DNA of 63,650 bases, filler included, from Octopus bimaculoides (Eukaryota): assembly GCF_001194135.2 (NCBI RefSeq). It is 6 parts of 6 records of this genome, joined end to end, with 100 filler letters (N's around TTAATTAATTAA, not from the genome) between each part and the next. Parts side by side here need not be neighbours in the genome. Positions count along the whole stretch, not along the records: positions 33,474 to 42,544 come from NW_026416654.1; positions 42,645 to 54,727 come from NC_068981.1; 4 more parts are not named here. One strand, given 5' to 3'. Shown here in pieces: positions 39,480 to 52,787 of the stretch (the first letter of the stretch is position 1; each line of letters starts with the position of its first letter). Below the pieces are notes generated by a model. That model saw only the letters and a list, made by a program, of their open reading frames with translations, had not been told where the DNA came from and ran no database searches. Position numbers and translations under genes: made by a program.

Positions 39480-40095
39480 TTTTTGCTGTTTAACCCCAGG
39501 TCACTCCTGATCCAGACAGATCTATGGTCAAAGATGGTCCAGATATGACCATCCCATCTTTTATTCAGCCATAGTGTAGCTAGGACTACATTATCTAACG
39601 TACATTGTTTTGTCTTGGTATAAAAGATGGGTTTTACAGCAAATATCCTGCTTAATACGACAGATTTGCTTGTCAGTTGTTTGACCTTAACCAGTTGAGC
39701 ATGTCCCTTGGTGGCTGACGATATGAGCATCTCTGATCACGAGCAGAAGTAGTGGGGGAGCATCATAGCCATGTGTTGAGAGGAATTCTTTGAGGTTTGG
39801 ATAGTTCACCTCTGGAAACATGGGTGTTATGTTCAACATCCTTAAACAACGCTTATTTAGGGACCTTTTGAGCGGGACGGGCAACTCGACCTGAAGAAAA
39901 TTCTAACTGGGCCCCACCTGCGAGGTCATGCGCTGTTTATCTTGATATGAGATCACCATGTCACGCACATATGGTTGTGATGCATGTGCCTGGTGTACCC
40001 TTAGCAGACGGGTAGTCATGATGGGTATATTGGGCTTCGTATATTTGTACCCCAGTGTCACTTTGATGGCATGCACTGCTCTCTCACTCAATAAT
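39480..40095 (+). repeat. Interspersed ~600-bp repeat (family E) ending in (AAT)n
   Basis: Also at 54849-55345, 58240-58490 and 58600-58965. Three of the four copies end ...catgcactgctctct(c/t)actc(aat)n. No ORF. Confidence 0.8.
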
Positions 40096-40346
40096 AATAA
40101 TAATGATGATGATGATGATGACGTTAACGACGACGATGATGGTGATGATGATGATAATGGTGATGACATTTTTTACCTGTCACCAGGGCGACGGACGAAG
40201 GGGGATAATACAAAGCCGGACATAAACCGTGGGGGATTTACATCGCATGGCATGATAAGATAAAAATACAAAACCTAACATAAAAAATAACATAAAAAAA
40301 AATATAGATAATAAATAGCATTCAAGAAAGAAAGATGCTGCGCTAG

Positions 40347-40386
<40 letters not shown>

Positions 40387-40974
40387 CCGGTAGATGCTTA
40401 ACAGATTTGAACCTTCGTCAGTTTGCGACACAGATGTCACAGTTACAAAGCCAATCAGAGGGCAATTAGCGAGCCAGCGTCTGTCGCGACGATCCTGCGG
40501 TTGTTACCGTTGTCGATGTCACCGTCGTTGTGGTTGTTCTTGTTGTTGTACATCTTGTTAACAAGACCATTATAACTATCATTATTATCATTATTATTAT
40601 TAGCATTTTTACTATTATTATTATTATTACTATTATTATTATTATTATTGCTGTAATTTTTACTGCTGTTTTTTTTTGTTTTCCGGCGGTGATATTGTCT
40701 TGAGTGTGTGTGTGTGTGTCTGTTTGTGCGTGTGTATGTGTGTGTGTCTGTTTGTGTGTGTGTGTGTGTGTAGTTTAGTTTTATTTGTTTTTGCTTTCTA
40801 CACATATATCGTTTGATAATTTTGAAATGGCAGCCATTTTGAATGAATACAATTTGCGTTATTTCATCACGGCTTTTTGCTGTTTGTTTGGAATTTTATT
40901 GTTTTTTATTTGCTTCACTTCATTTTATCCTGAGTGTTGCGGGTGTATATATGTACTCTAATATTATCTATCTA

Positions 40975-41031
<57 letters not shown>

Positions 41032-41386
41032 NNNNNNNNNNNNNNNNNNNNNNNNNNNNNNNNNNNNNNNNNNNNNNNNNNNNNNNNNNNNNNNNNNNNN
41101 NNNNNNNNNNNNNNNNNNNNNNNNNNNNNNNNNNNNNNNNNNNNNNNNNNNNNNNNNNNNNNNNNNNNNNNNNNNNNNNNNNNNNNNNNNNNNNNNNNNN
41201 NNNNNNNNNNNNNNNNNNNNNNNNNNNNNNNNNNNNNNNNNNNNNNNNNNNNNNNNNNNNNNNNNNNNNNNNNNNNNNNNNNNNNNNNNNNNNNNNNNNN
41301 NNNNNNNNNNNNNNNNNNNNNNNNNNNNNNNNNNNNNNNNNNNNNNNNNNNNNNNNNNNNNNNNNNNNNNNNNNNNNNNNNNNNNN

Positions 41387-41430
<44 letters not shown>

Positions 41431-43394
41431 AGAGAGATAGATAGGTATATATATATGCATATATATACACATATTTATATACATGCATGCATATATATCT
41501 ATATATATATATATAGATAGATAGATAGATATGCATGCATGTATATAAATATGTGTATATATATATGCATATATATATACCTATATATAATATATATATA
41601 TACGTATGTATGTATACACATGTATATATATATATACACATGTATACATACATACCCGATTATTCGGACATTAGGCTAAAGCGAGCCATAGCTGTCTGAC
41701 CTCCGTCCATTGTATGTGTGTTAAATGATGTTATTAAGTTATATATGCATAGGTGTGTATATAGCTGGCAGCTCCTGGAATATTAAACGAGATTTCATGA
41801 TACGGGTTGGAGAGGGTGAGCAGGCAGTGGAGGTGGTGGTGGTGGTGGTAAAGTAAGGTGATGATGATGGCAGCGGTGGTGGTGGTAGCAACGGCGGCCG
41901 TGGTGGTCAAAGATGGCTGTTGTTGTTGGTGTTGTGCCTCTTGATGGTTTTCGACGGCGTTGGTGGTGGTGGTGGTGGTAGTGGTGTTGCTTATAGAAGC
42001 ACAAGATGTTGCAGCGATGATGAGATTTTTTAGGGATCCGTGTATTTGTGTGGAGGGTCGTGTCGATGTCCATCTGCGGTGGTGGTCATGGGAGGTGTGG
42101 ACCTTATGGAATATAAGATTGAAACGATAGCGTTAGTAATAGTAGTAGTGGTGGTGGTGGTGGGGGCGGTAGTTGTAGTAGTAGTTGAGGTGGTAGGGAT
42201 AATAGTAGTGTTAGTAGTAGTAGTAGTAGCAGTAGCAGTAGTAACAGTAGTAGTGGTGTTGCTGCTAATGGTGGTAGTAGTAGTAGTGGAGGTGGTGGTG
42301 GTGGTGTTTGTAGTAGTAGTAGTAGTAGTAGTTGTTGTTATGTTATTGTTGTTGTAACAGTGGTGGTGGTGGTAGTGGTACTGGTTGTAGTAGTGGTGGT
42401 GATCGCGATGGCGGCGTTTGGTTTCTGGAAAAATCTATACGAATAAAACAGAAAAAGAAAGGGAAGAACAAAAGACAAAACTACAACAAAAAAAAACCCA
42501 GAACAAAACGAAAAAAACTTCGGCGGTGGAAAGGGTGGGTAGGGNNNNNNNNNNNNNNNNNNNNNNNNNNNNNNNNNNNNNNNNNNNNTTAATTAATTAA
42601 NNNNNNNNNNNNNNNNNNNNNNNNNNNNNNNNNNNNNNNNNNNNATATATATACATAAATATATGAATACACATATTTATATACGCAGTATGGACATACA
42701 TACATGCATATAGGAATAATACATGAATACATACATATCCACTGGGGAAAAAATTCTCTTTTTTCTGTAACAGACAGATGTAAACACTTTCAATTTGAAA
42801 AAGATGTTTCTGTGTATCAAAGACCAGATGTTTGCCTCTTTTGCATTTATACCATGTTTGCTAAAATGCATAGATGTTGACTGAAATGCACTAAACACTG
42901 GTGCAAAAGAGTGTTAGCGCACCAATAATATGTGTTAGTGTTTGCGCTAGTAACCTTGTGAACACGCGGCGTATTCATGTGATCATGTGTGTATATGTGC
43001 GTGTGTGTCTTTGTTAGCATATGCCCTTATTTTGCTACTTCATTGTAGTAAATGTCTATGCCCTAAGAGACAAAAATGGACGACAACTTAAATGAATAAC
43101 TAGCCTCTTGATATTGGTTATTTGCAGTAACTAATTTCAGACATTCGAAAGGTCAATCTCTCAAAGTTGTTACATACTGTCAGTGACCGTTTTCTTTCAA
43201 GGTGTCACTATTGGAGTTACTATTGAAAGTATCGATGAGAGTTGGAGGACTCAGAATAAAATAACTTGTACAACTCCTGACACCATCTTCCGTAGGAGTT
43301 ATATAGTCTTCGAAGGATTTACAAAAAGGACAAACTTCACCTGATTCATCGAAGAGCTATGTGCAGGGAACGTATGTGATTGTGTGTATGTAGA

Positions 43395-43720
43395 TGTAAG
43401 GGGTGTGGTGTAATTATCAGGATATCCCACCTACGATGCTAAGGCTGTGAGTTCGATTCCCGGTAGCGCGTTGTGTCCTTGAGCGTGACTCTTTACTTCA
43501 CGTAGCTCCAGTCAACTTAACTGGCAAAAATGAGTTGTACCTCTAATTCAAAGGGGCCAGCTTTGTCACATTTTGTGTTACGCTGAATCTCCTTGCGAAC
43601 TACATTAAGGGTATGCTTATCTGTGAAGAACGTAGCCACTTGCACGATAATTTCACGAGAAATCTGTTCCGTTGATCGGATCAACTACAACCAGCGTCAT
43701 CATAACCGAGAGAGCGTCAG
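43395..43720 (+). mobile_element. Near full-length SINE family C
   Basis: tRNA head with B box gagttcgattcc, then ttgtgtccttgagc, then the family C body. Confidence 0.75.
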
Positions 43721-44433
43721 TTTTAATTGACTTGCAAAGAGAGAAATCAGAAGTTAACCAATTAATTTTCAGTTTATTCGCTGACAGAACTTGCATCGCT
43801 TTGTTATTATTCTAAATTTTACTCAAAAGCTTTGAAATTTAAAAATTTCAATGTCAAAACCCATTTTCTTTTCCGCTAGTGAAAAACATGCCAGTGGCTA
43901 AAGATATGTGTACAATAGCTCAAACCGTGTGTGCGATGTAAAGGCACTTACTGCTAGAACTGCATCTTTGCATTTTGATTAGATGTAAGTACAACACGTC
44001 AGTAATTATTTCCTGGATAAAACTAAAATGTAATTTAGATAAATATGTTTTATTTAGGAATTCAAGTAATTGTTATAATTTCGTTTCATCATTGCACTTT
44101 CTATCCTGTTCCTCTTTCTCACAACGCCGAGTCTTCATCTGTCTGTCAATTTCTAACCTATCTTATCTACCGTTTTGAATATTGCACATCATTGATTCCG
44201 TTTTTTAGTATTGGGAGAGAAAAGGAATTCTTATGTGATTGAAGGTTATGGGTGTGCATGTATGTGTACATATATACGCATGTATACGCATGTATACGCA
44301 TGCATACTGATACATATGATTTTATATATGTATATATATGAATATATTTGTACATAGGAATGTCTGTATGTGCGCATGTGCTTATGTGTGTGTGTGTGTG
44401 TATGTGTGTGTGTGTGTGTGTATGTGTGTGTGT

Positions 44434-44490
<57 letters not shown>

Positions 44491-45384
44491 CATATGTTTT
44501 TATCTACTATATAATTCCATAGGAACATTGTAATTTATAATTCTATCTATTACTGTCCAGCTTGAAGTTATTTATTCAACTACATAGAAACTGACAGTGC
44601 GAAATCTACTTTCTCGTTAAGATGTTTTTCATTTCAAAATTCTAATTCAAATTATAATTCTAGTTTAGCTTGTCATAAAAAATATAAATTAATGTTCTAG
44701 TAAGTGATTAAAATTATTTTGTAGCTTAAATACATTATGCTCATTTAATCAAAGATGACTTTTTGACAGTTCAAATTTCGCATCTTTTTTCTTGTCTTTT
44801 CGTCTGGGATGGATATTGTCTTTGTTGAGATAGGCGTAAAGTAACTAATATTTAGTAGCACTTGTCTTTCTTCATTCATTCAATAATTAAACACAACACA
44901 CAATTTATACACTATTTCAACTGTATTGGTCATGTCTCTTAATGATTCACCACAGAACAAAATAAAGGAGTACGCTATGCAAAAGATTTCATGTTAGAAC
45001 AAATACGGGATTCAAGTAAATTTATGTAGAGCACGGAGAGAGGTTATGCATATTTCCTCAAAAGTAGTTAACTAGAACATTTTCATGAATACATCTTATA
45101 AATCATACTTTTCAGTGGATATCGGTTGTTAGATATCTTATTTGATGTTTTTTTTGTTTTCTAAGTAAACGTATGTCTCCTAATACTTGCATATTTGAGA
45201 CGACATACAAATATATAAATAACTTGCTGTCGTACTGTGAAAGTCCTTCGCAATTTTATATATTCTCGTTACCAAAATATGGAAGTCGTCACATTATAAC
45301 ATATGTGCACAATGTTCAAATAGTAGCACGTTGGTGTCATCTAACGTTGATTAGTTTGCATCATATGGGTATATCTATTTCTTT

Positions 45385-45605
45385 ATTGCCCACAGGGGAT
45401 TAAACATAGAGGGACAAACAAGGACAGATAAAGGGATTAAGTCGATTACATCGACTCCAGTGCGTCACTGGTACTTATTTAATCGACCCCGAAAGGATGA
45501 AAGGCAAAGTCGGACTCGGCAGAATTGAACTCAGAACGTAGCAGCAGACGAAATACAGCTAAGCATTTCGCTCGGCGTGCTAACGATTCTGCCAGCTCGC
45601 CGCCC
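45385..45605 (-). mobile_element. Full-length CORE-like SINE (family A)
   Basis: Same sequence as the units at 2149-3185. Confidence 0.85.
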
Positions 45606-47032
45606 TAATATTATCAATATCGACGTTGTATTATATTGAAAACATACTACGCTTAATCATCGCACAAACATGTATGCTGTAAGAAGAGGAACTCGGAAAC
45701 TACAGGGCAAGAGAATAAAGTTTTCAGAGGAACTGGTTAAAACAATTCTGACATTGCTATTACATTTTATGTTTAAGAAATTTTACGCTGTACCTTGTTT
45801 GAAGTAACTGCAGACGTATGAAAACTGAACTCCCTAAGAACCGAATTTTATACTATGAATTTGATAAAATGTTTTTTGAATATTACCACATATATCAAAA
45901 ATTCCTTTAGTTTGGAAAACTTAGCATTTGATGTTTTGAATACTGGATGTCATTATGAAGTAAACATATTATTAAAAAAAGAAACGGTAATTAGGCATCA
46001 CAGTAAATGAGAGCCAGTTATTCAGGGAAATTGCAGTAAGTGAAACTTTCAAAATTGTCTATAAGACTATATTTTTCTGAAAATATCTTCAGACTGGAGC
46101 TATTCAGACATTACTGTACATTTTAGACTAAACAGGAAGGATGGTGTATTATTTTTTCTTACATAGATATTAATTGCTTTTAATTTCGCTTTAACTTGGT
46201 TGATATACCATTCTCTATTTATGATACCTACCCACACTGTAAGTGAAAAATTAAGCAAGTTCAATGCCTGTAAAGAATCCTGGTATCTAATGTGTAGATT
46301 AGGCAATATTCTATATATGTGTAGTATCAGTAGTTTAATATTATATGAATTTGGCTGTGCTGTTTAAAATATATAATTTCTATAGAAATTATTAGAAGTC
46401 GGATATTCTTGATATTTGAAGCGATTGTATATTTTCCGTGAGAGACACTGTTACAATTTATATTTTAGGTAATCTGTGACAATTCATAATAGTACTTTTT
46501 TTTAAGACGTTTGGATTGCCTATCGATGACTAATATGCATAGAAGGTTAAGGTGGTGCACAACACATTAATTTTATATTGTATTCAATATTTTTTTTCTA
46601 AATTTTCGACTTTCAGTACTTGTAAACTTCTCTTTCCCAACATGTAAAAAAATAAGTAAACAGATAAGTGTCATATGTTCAAGACATTTAAGGTTAGGGT
46701 CTGAATCACGCCTATACTAATGTTAGTGTCTAAGTAAAAAGTGAGACTTAAAAGAGAAGAAACAGCTAGTATCGATTGAAACAATTTGTACCACGCTTAT
46801 CTGCAGCATAGATGAGGGGATGAGGGGAGGGTGGATGTTAGGGAGATGGGGAGGGGAGGGGATGGAAGGGAGAGGGGGAGAGACGAGGGAGAGAAATACA
46901 AAGATAGACAGACAAATATATAGATAAACAGATTGAGAGAGAGAGGGGGAGATATAGATGGTTATGCATAATGAAAGTTTATATGTATGGAAGCATGCAT
47001 ATGTAGATTCCCATAAATATGAAGGTACTAAC

Positions 47033-47308
47033 TGATGTACCCGGTAGTCAGACAGTTAGGTGATACAAGACATCCAGACAGTTAGATGATACAAGAAAAG
47101 GACAACAAAACCTCCAGATAGACGATACAAAGGAAACAAGAGCGAGTCATTCGGAGTTTTTTCTTTCCTTAGTCGAGTTCAGATTATCTTTGCAAATTTG
47201 ACTGGTTATACTCGAGATTGCTCCAATCTGGCCATCTCCAAGGAAAAGCTAAGCTAAGAGCATTAGATTGCTTGGAACAAAGCAGCGAATGTATACGAAA
47301 ACAAGGAA
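47033..47308. mobile_element. LTR-like fragment
   Basis: TG...CA bounded block with an internal duplication cagacagttag(g/a)tgatacaaga. No TSD seen. Confidence 0.35.
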
Positions 47309-48159
47309 AGAAAAACCGGAGAAAGTTACACCAATACAAATAACAGGACATAACAACAGTTGTCTTTCGAATAAGGACGAATTAAATTACGCTGGCATGT
47401 GTGGAAGTAAAGCCTTACTGCAGGGATACAAAATTTCACAGGCACAGGGAAGAATGTAGATGTTGCAAGGACAACGGCCGAACCGAGAAAGAAAGGTCAG
47501 GCTTGGCCGAACACCGATTACGTGGGAAGAGAAGAGAGAGAGTTAGAGGCAGAGTGACAGAAGAAATAAGGAGGGACGAGAACAAATAGCAGGGACACAG
47601 TGAAGTGAAAAGAAGAGGGAAAGTGAACATAAAGAGAAAGCAATGAAATGTGAGAGAGGGGGAACGAAAAACGAAGAGTGGAATGAACGAAATAAGCGTG
47701 AAAGGGCTGATAGAAGGAAAGAATAAAAGAATAAGAGAACAGAGTCGTACAAGATTTAGATAAATATATACTTATATATAAGAGACCAAAGTGTACGTAC
47801 GCCGCTGTATATATATAAAGAATTAGGTAAAGCAGAAGGACATGTGGTTTCATTCAATTCAGTCTAAACATTTAGCTACATCACGAATGGTTAAAATAGT
47901 AAAAACTGTTGAAGATAGTCTCTGACAGCCGTTTCTGGGATATCGCAGCTATTGGAGCATCGTATCGAGCGAAGACTCTATAATTTGCATATTCTGTCAT
48001 CGAAGAAATATAGGTTAGACAGCGAGAGAATGTTTCTCGACAATGATATTTGTTGTGGTTCAGTATGTCCAGGAAGGTAGGAGGATCCAATTATATCCAA
48101 TTGGGTCAGGTCTTCTTTAGGTATATCTATGATCACAAGGAGTGGTTAAGTTTTACAGT

Positions 48160-48570
48160 TAGATAAGAATTGGGAAAGTATTGTTGTGTAGTACTCCATA
48201 TTGAGGGGGAATGAAAGTGAATACCTGCAGATCCAGCGTTGAGTATGGAATAAAGGCATTCTGTTGAGAGCAAAGATACATAGATAAGAGGTATTTTTTG
48301 GATACATATTGAAGAATATTCATTCCAGAGCGAGAAAGAATGCTAGCAACTTTGGAACTGCTAGCTTTGTTTATCGCTTTGGAATGAATACTTTTCAATG
48401 TATATTCAATACATACCTCTTACCTATCTATCTTTCCTCTTGCCTATCTATCTTTCCTCTCACCAGAATGTATCCTTATTCCATGGACAATGCTGGATCT
48501 CATAGCATTCACTTTCCTTTTCCCTCAATATGGAGTACTACATAACAAATCTTTCCCTCTTCTCATATAT
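48160..48570. repeat. Long foldback (palindromic MITE-like element)
   Basis: Arms of about 190 bp pair end to end, e.g. tagtactccatattgaggg / ccctcaatatggagtacta and tgctagca / tgctagc, around the loop actttggaac. Confidence 0.85.
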
Positions 48571-48764
48571 ATATATATATGTGTGCACGCCTGTGTGTGT
48601 GTATGTATGTATATATGTATGTATGTGTGTGTATGAATGTATATGTGAATGTATGTGTTATATACACAAATAAATATATACACATACACATATAAATATA
48701 TAATATGTATGTTATGTATGTGGATAAATCCACGAGGAGTGAATATACTTACATGCACACACAC

Positions 48765-48834
<70 letters not shown>

Positions 48835-50130
48835 ACTTGTATGTATGTGTGACTGCTATTTCTGATGATTTCTCTGCTGTGGAAAAAGCTTAAAATTGAA
48901 AAACTATATAATTGAAATAAATTAATAGCACTAATTAAAGATAGGACAATTTTTCTTGCTTATATATAATTGCATATACCGAGAATCTCCTTGAATCTCT
49001 TATAGTCACAGAAAATAATAGTTTCCTCTTGCTTACTCTATGGATCTACCTGGTTTTATATACGTAACAACAGTCTTACTATAAACTATTATGTATACAC
49101 TGCGTTAAGAAATTTAAGAGAAACTTTCCAACGATTACTATCCGGTATAGCAAAAAGTAATAATTTGTCTTCTTTAACTTGTATGTCCTATGAACGTGGA
49201 TATCCTCTTTCCATTAGCGATATTTCAAACAATATATTTCCGGTTTCGTATAAAGTGACCAATAGAATAAATGCCAATCTTTAAAGTTACAAAGTATTGA
49301 GCGCGTTTGCACGACTAAAGCCCTTCAAAGCGGGGCCCCAACATTACCGCAGTCCAGTAATAGGAACAAGCAAAACATAAAAGACAAAAGATAAACACAA
49401 ATGGAGAGAATCGATATCGTAATCAGTGTAATATAAAATTCAATGAATTCTAAACTTCTGTAAACACAATCCTACTATTGGATGATATGTAAATTCGTTC
49501 AGACGAAATAATTGAGATAAACACAATGACAATGACAGAAAAAGCTATGACATTTAGAGAAGGCATCAGGGTTGCAGGGAGAAAAGCAGAGACGGGTAGA
49601 AATTTATACTGGATTTTGCAAATCTACGTTCATAGATTCTGATGAAACTTAAAAACCGACGGAGACACATTTTCAATTGCAGTATCAATCAGGTAAGACA
49701 TAAAAAGCATACAAAGGGGAAAGCAAGTTTTCATAACGTGTATTTATTATGTGGACACTGGGGAGAATGTAGCAACGAATGTTGAGGAAAGTTGCTGAGT
49801 AATAAATTATGCAAATTAATAAACGGAAAGACAACAGCAGTAAGTTATGATAGATGAAAAATATATGAATACATAAATATATCATAGCTACGTTTTTAAT
49901 ATAATTTTCAGCAGGTGTTTTAAAAGGATCGAATATATCATTAATTATCAGCGCTATCACTAAAGTTCAGATTCATGCCTCCCGACATTCCGTTTTTGTG
50001 TTAAACAGAAGTTTAACAGTTTTCTGTCTTACTCCACTTTGTGAAAATACCCAGAAAAAGTAATGACGGTACTATTTATCACGTGTACTATTTATCGCTT
50101 CAAGTATGTTAGTAAGCACTTAATTTTTAA

Positions 50131-50382
<252 letters not shown>

Positions 50383-50774
50383 CAGATAGATGTAATAAAG
50401 TAATCGCACGTGATTGATGATGATTTTTTTACCTCCTTCGTCCTAGATTTTCATGTTTTTCCAGTTTCCAAAGAAGAGATATGCTCGGAACGTAAAACTA
50501 CTATTCTATTTCTTCTCTGAGCGTCTTCTGCGAACAGCGATCAAAGGACTTTGACAAATAACTCACACACACACACACACACANNNNNNNNNNTATATAT
50601 ATATATATATATATATATATGGGTGGTTTTGATAGTCAGAAGACCAAAACCGGCAGTTAAGGCTATGTAAATGTTACAGAAGGACGGTAAAGCTATGTAA
50701 GTCCTATAGAAGGGCCCGGTTCGACATTAGTATGAGTGAGGAGTCTAATACCGGTCTCGTGTGAGCATGTATAT

Positions 50775-50990
50775 GTTAAATAAAATGATAAAACAAAGCC
50801 AAGGCAGTGTGAAATTTCTGCGACATTTATAAGGAGAAAGGTAGTCTTACATCTGTTTCAGGGATATGAGAGATAGCTATTCATCAGAAACAATATGAGA
50901 GAATTAAATAGGGAGAAATAGAGTTCAATGTAAAAAGTTATTTTGGAGAGAGAGAGAGAGAGACAGACAGAGAGAGAGACAGAGAGACAC

Positions 50991-51021
<31 letters not shown>

Positions 51022-51468
51022 ATCATAGGAATTATAAATAGAAATAAGAGAATAAAATAAAAAAATTATGTTGGTTGTTACACTACAGGGCCCTTCTGAA
51101 TGAAGAGCACGTGGAAGTAATGTCTCCACACTATCCTTTTGTAATAACAAAATATGAGCTCCCATCGGAATTTACATACCATGGACAAGAAGCATTTCTA
51201 CCCATTCTACACAACACTTTTCTTCGATGATGGAACTGCAACTTAAACATCCACAATATATTTTTAGTTTTATTCTTTTATTTCCCTTTATACTTCCTAT
51301 ATCTTTCCCTCTCCCAAATGACTATAGAGAACTCTGCTATTTAAATCCCACATATCGTCTCCGATGATGAAATATCCCTCATATTCCTAAAACAGCTGTA
51401 AGACTACTTTTCTCTTTATAAATGTCCTAGTAATTTCACACTGCCTTGGCTTTGTTGTCTCATTTTAC

Positions 51469-51473
<5 letters not shown>
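50775..51473. mobile_element. Penelope-like remnant with ~160-bp inverted termini, each with a decayed hammerhead
   Basis: 50775-50935 is the inverted copy of 51310-51473. Hammerhead-like cores lie at 50845-50891 (-) and 51357-51404 (+), with stem III ACAG(C/A)TGT. Confidence 0.6.
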
Positions 51474-51554
<81 letters not shown>

Positions 51555-52531
51555 NNNNNNNNNNNNNNNNNNNNNNNNNNNNNNNNNNNNNNNNNNNNNN
51601 NNNNNNNNNNNNNNNNNNNNNNNNNNNNNNNNNNNNNNNNNNNNNNNNNNNNNNNNNNNNNNNNNNNNNNNNNNNNNNNNNNNNNNNNNNNNNNNNNNNN
51701 NNNNNNNNNNNNNNNNNNNNNNNNNNNNNNNNNNNNNNNNNNNNNNNNNNNNNNNNNNNNNNNNNNNNNNNNNNNNNNNNNNNNNNNNNNNNNNNNNNNN
51801 NNNNNNNNNNNNNNNNNNNNNNNNNNNNNNNNNNNNNNNNNNNNNNNNNNNNNNNNNNNNNNNNNNNNNNNNNNNNNNNNNNNNNNNNNNNNNNNNNNNN
51901 NNNNNNNNNNNNNNNNNNNNNNNNNNNNNNNNNNNNNNNNNNNNNNNNNNNNNNNNNNNNNNNNNNNNNNNNNNNNNNNNNNNNNNNNNNATATATATAT
52001 ATATATATATATATACACGCAGAGTGGGTGAAAAGTAAAAAGGTATTAGCTCGCTCCTGAAAGGTCAAGCGACCGGCCATCTGGAAAATAAGAAATACGA
52101 CAATAAGAAAATAAAAAATCCCAATCAGTGTTGTCTGTTTAAAAAAAGGTTTTTGTCATAACTTTAGTGATACTAAAAATTCTATAAGCAATTTATACAT
52201 GATAACATTATGAACAAAATATAATACAATGCACAGATAAACAAATGGAATTAAATAAGTGCATACGTTAACAAAATTAAATTAAATACAAAAAAAGTAG
52301 ATAAAACACATGACCAAATAAATAAAATCAAACAAATTAAACGAACATGTATAAACAGGGGATACAGATAATAAAGACACTTCCCATTCACACACATGCA
52401 CTTACAAACATAGACACACATTGATGGATACGCATGCCCAAATATAGACACATACAATTGGAATACAAAATGCAAAATGGCTGATCATCAGTAATGAGGG
52501 ACACACAAATAAGAAAGAAGAAAGCAAAGGA

Positions 52532-52571
52532 CCACTGATGAAGTCACAGAAGTGTGACGAAAGAACTCTGG
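52532..52571 (+). ncRNA. Minimal type I hammerhead ribozyme motif, near intact
   Basis: CCA-CTGATGA-A-GTCAC-agaagt-GTGAC-GAAA-G-aa-CTC-TGG. Stem II is a perfect 5 bp, stem I is CCA/TGG, and the NUH triplet is CUC. Confidence 0.7.
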
Positions 52572-52599
52572 CCGAAAAACGATTAATGTAATATAAAGC

Positions 52600-52787
52600 T
52601 GAAGCAAATTAGAGGCTTCATTGAAAGAAAAATGACAACGCTATTCAAGAGAAGATTTGCGTTTTCAAACTCGGAACTGAGAAAACTGATAAGGAGGATA
52701 CAGGAGGCGGTCGAAAAAGCCAGCTTCTATATATGGCTGAAGTGGGAAGACCGAATATGGCTTGAAAGTCATAACATGTCTAGGTGA
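52600..52787 (+). mobile_element. HERO-like RLE LINE C-terminus
   Basis: RGFIERKMTTLFKRRFAFSNSELRKLIRRIQEAVEKASFYIWLKWEDRIW* resembles the HERO EAAEKAS.W.W.KR...W end. Confidence 0.6.

Noticed and set aside
42775-43340. Short exon-like frames after strong acceptors (42776, 43196, and a minus-strand frame with CPFCKSFEDY)
   Set aside because: All reach stops without a usable donor, and none resembles a known protein.
45840-46170. Possible Cys-loop or chemotactile receptor pseudogene (YSDITVHFRLNRK)
   Set aside because: The frame has several stops, no Cys-loop FPFD motif, and no M1 helix follows in frame.
46820-46880. G-quadruplex-prone G-rich run (also poly-G at ~37499-37517) and Z-DNA-prone (CG/CA)n tracts
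   Set aside because: These are expected by chance in a genome this rich in simple repeats, and there is no functional context.
52640-52779. Minus-strand cctag|a CAT GTT ATG as the next ADGB exon (GHVMTF...)
   Set aside because: The downstream peptide does not match ADGB and ends in a stop, and the plus strand fits a HERO RLE end better.
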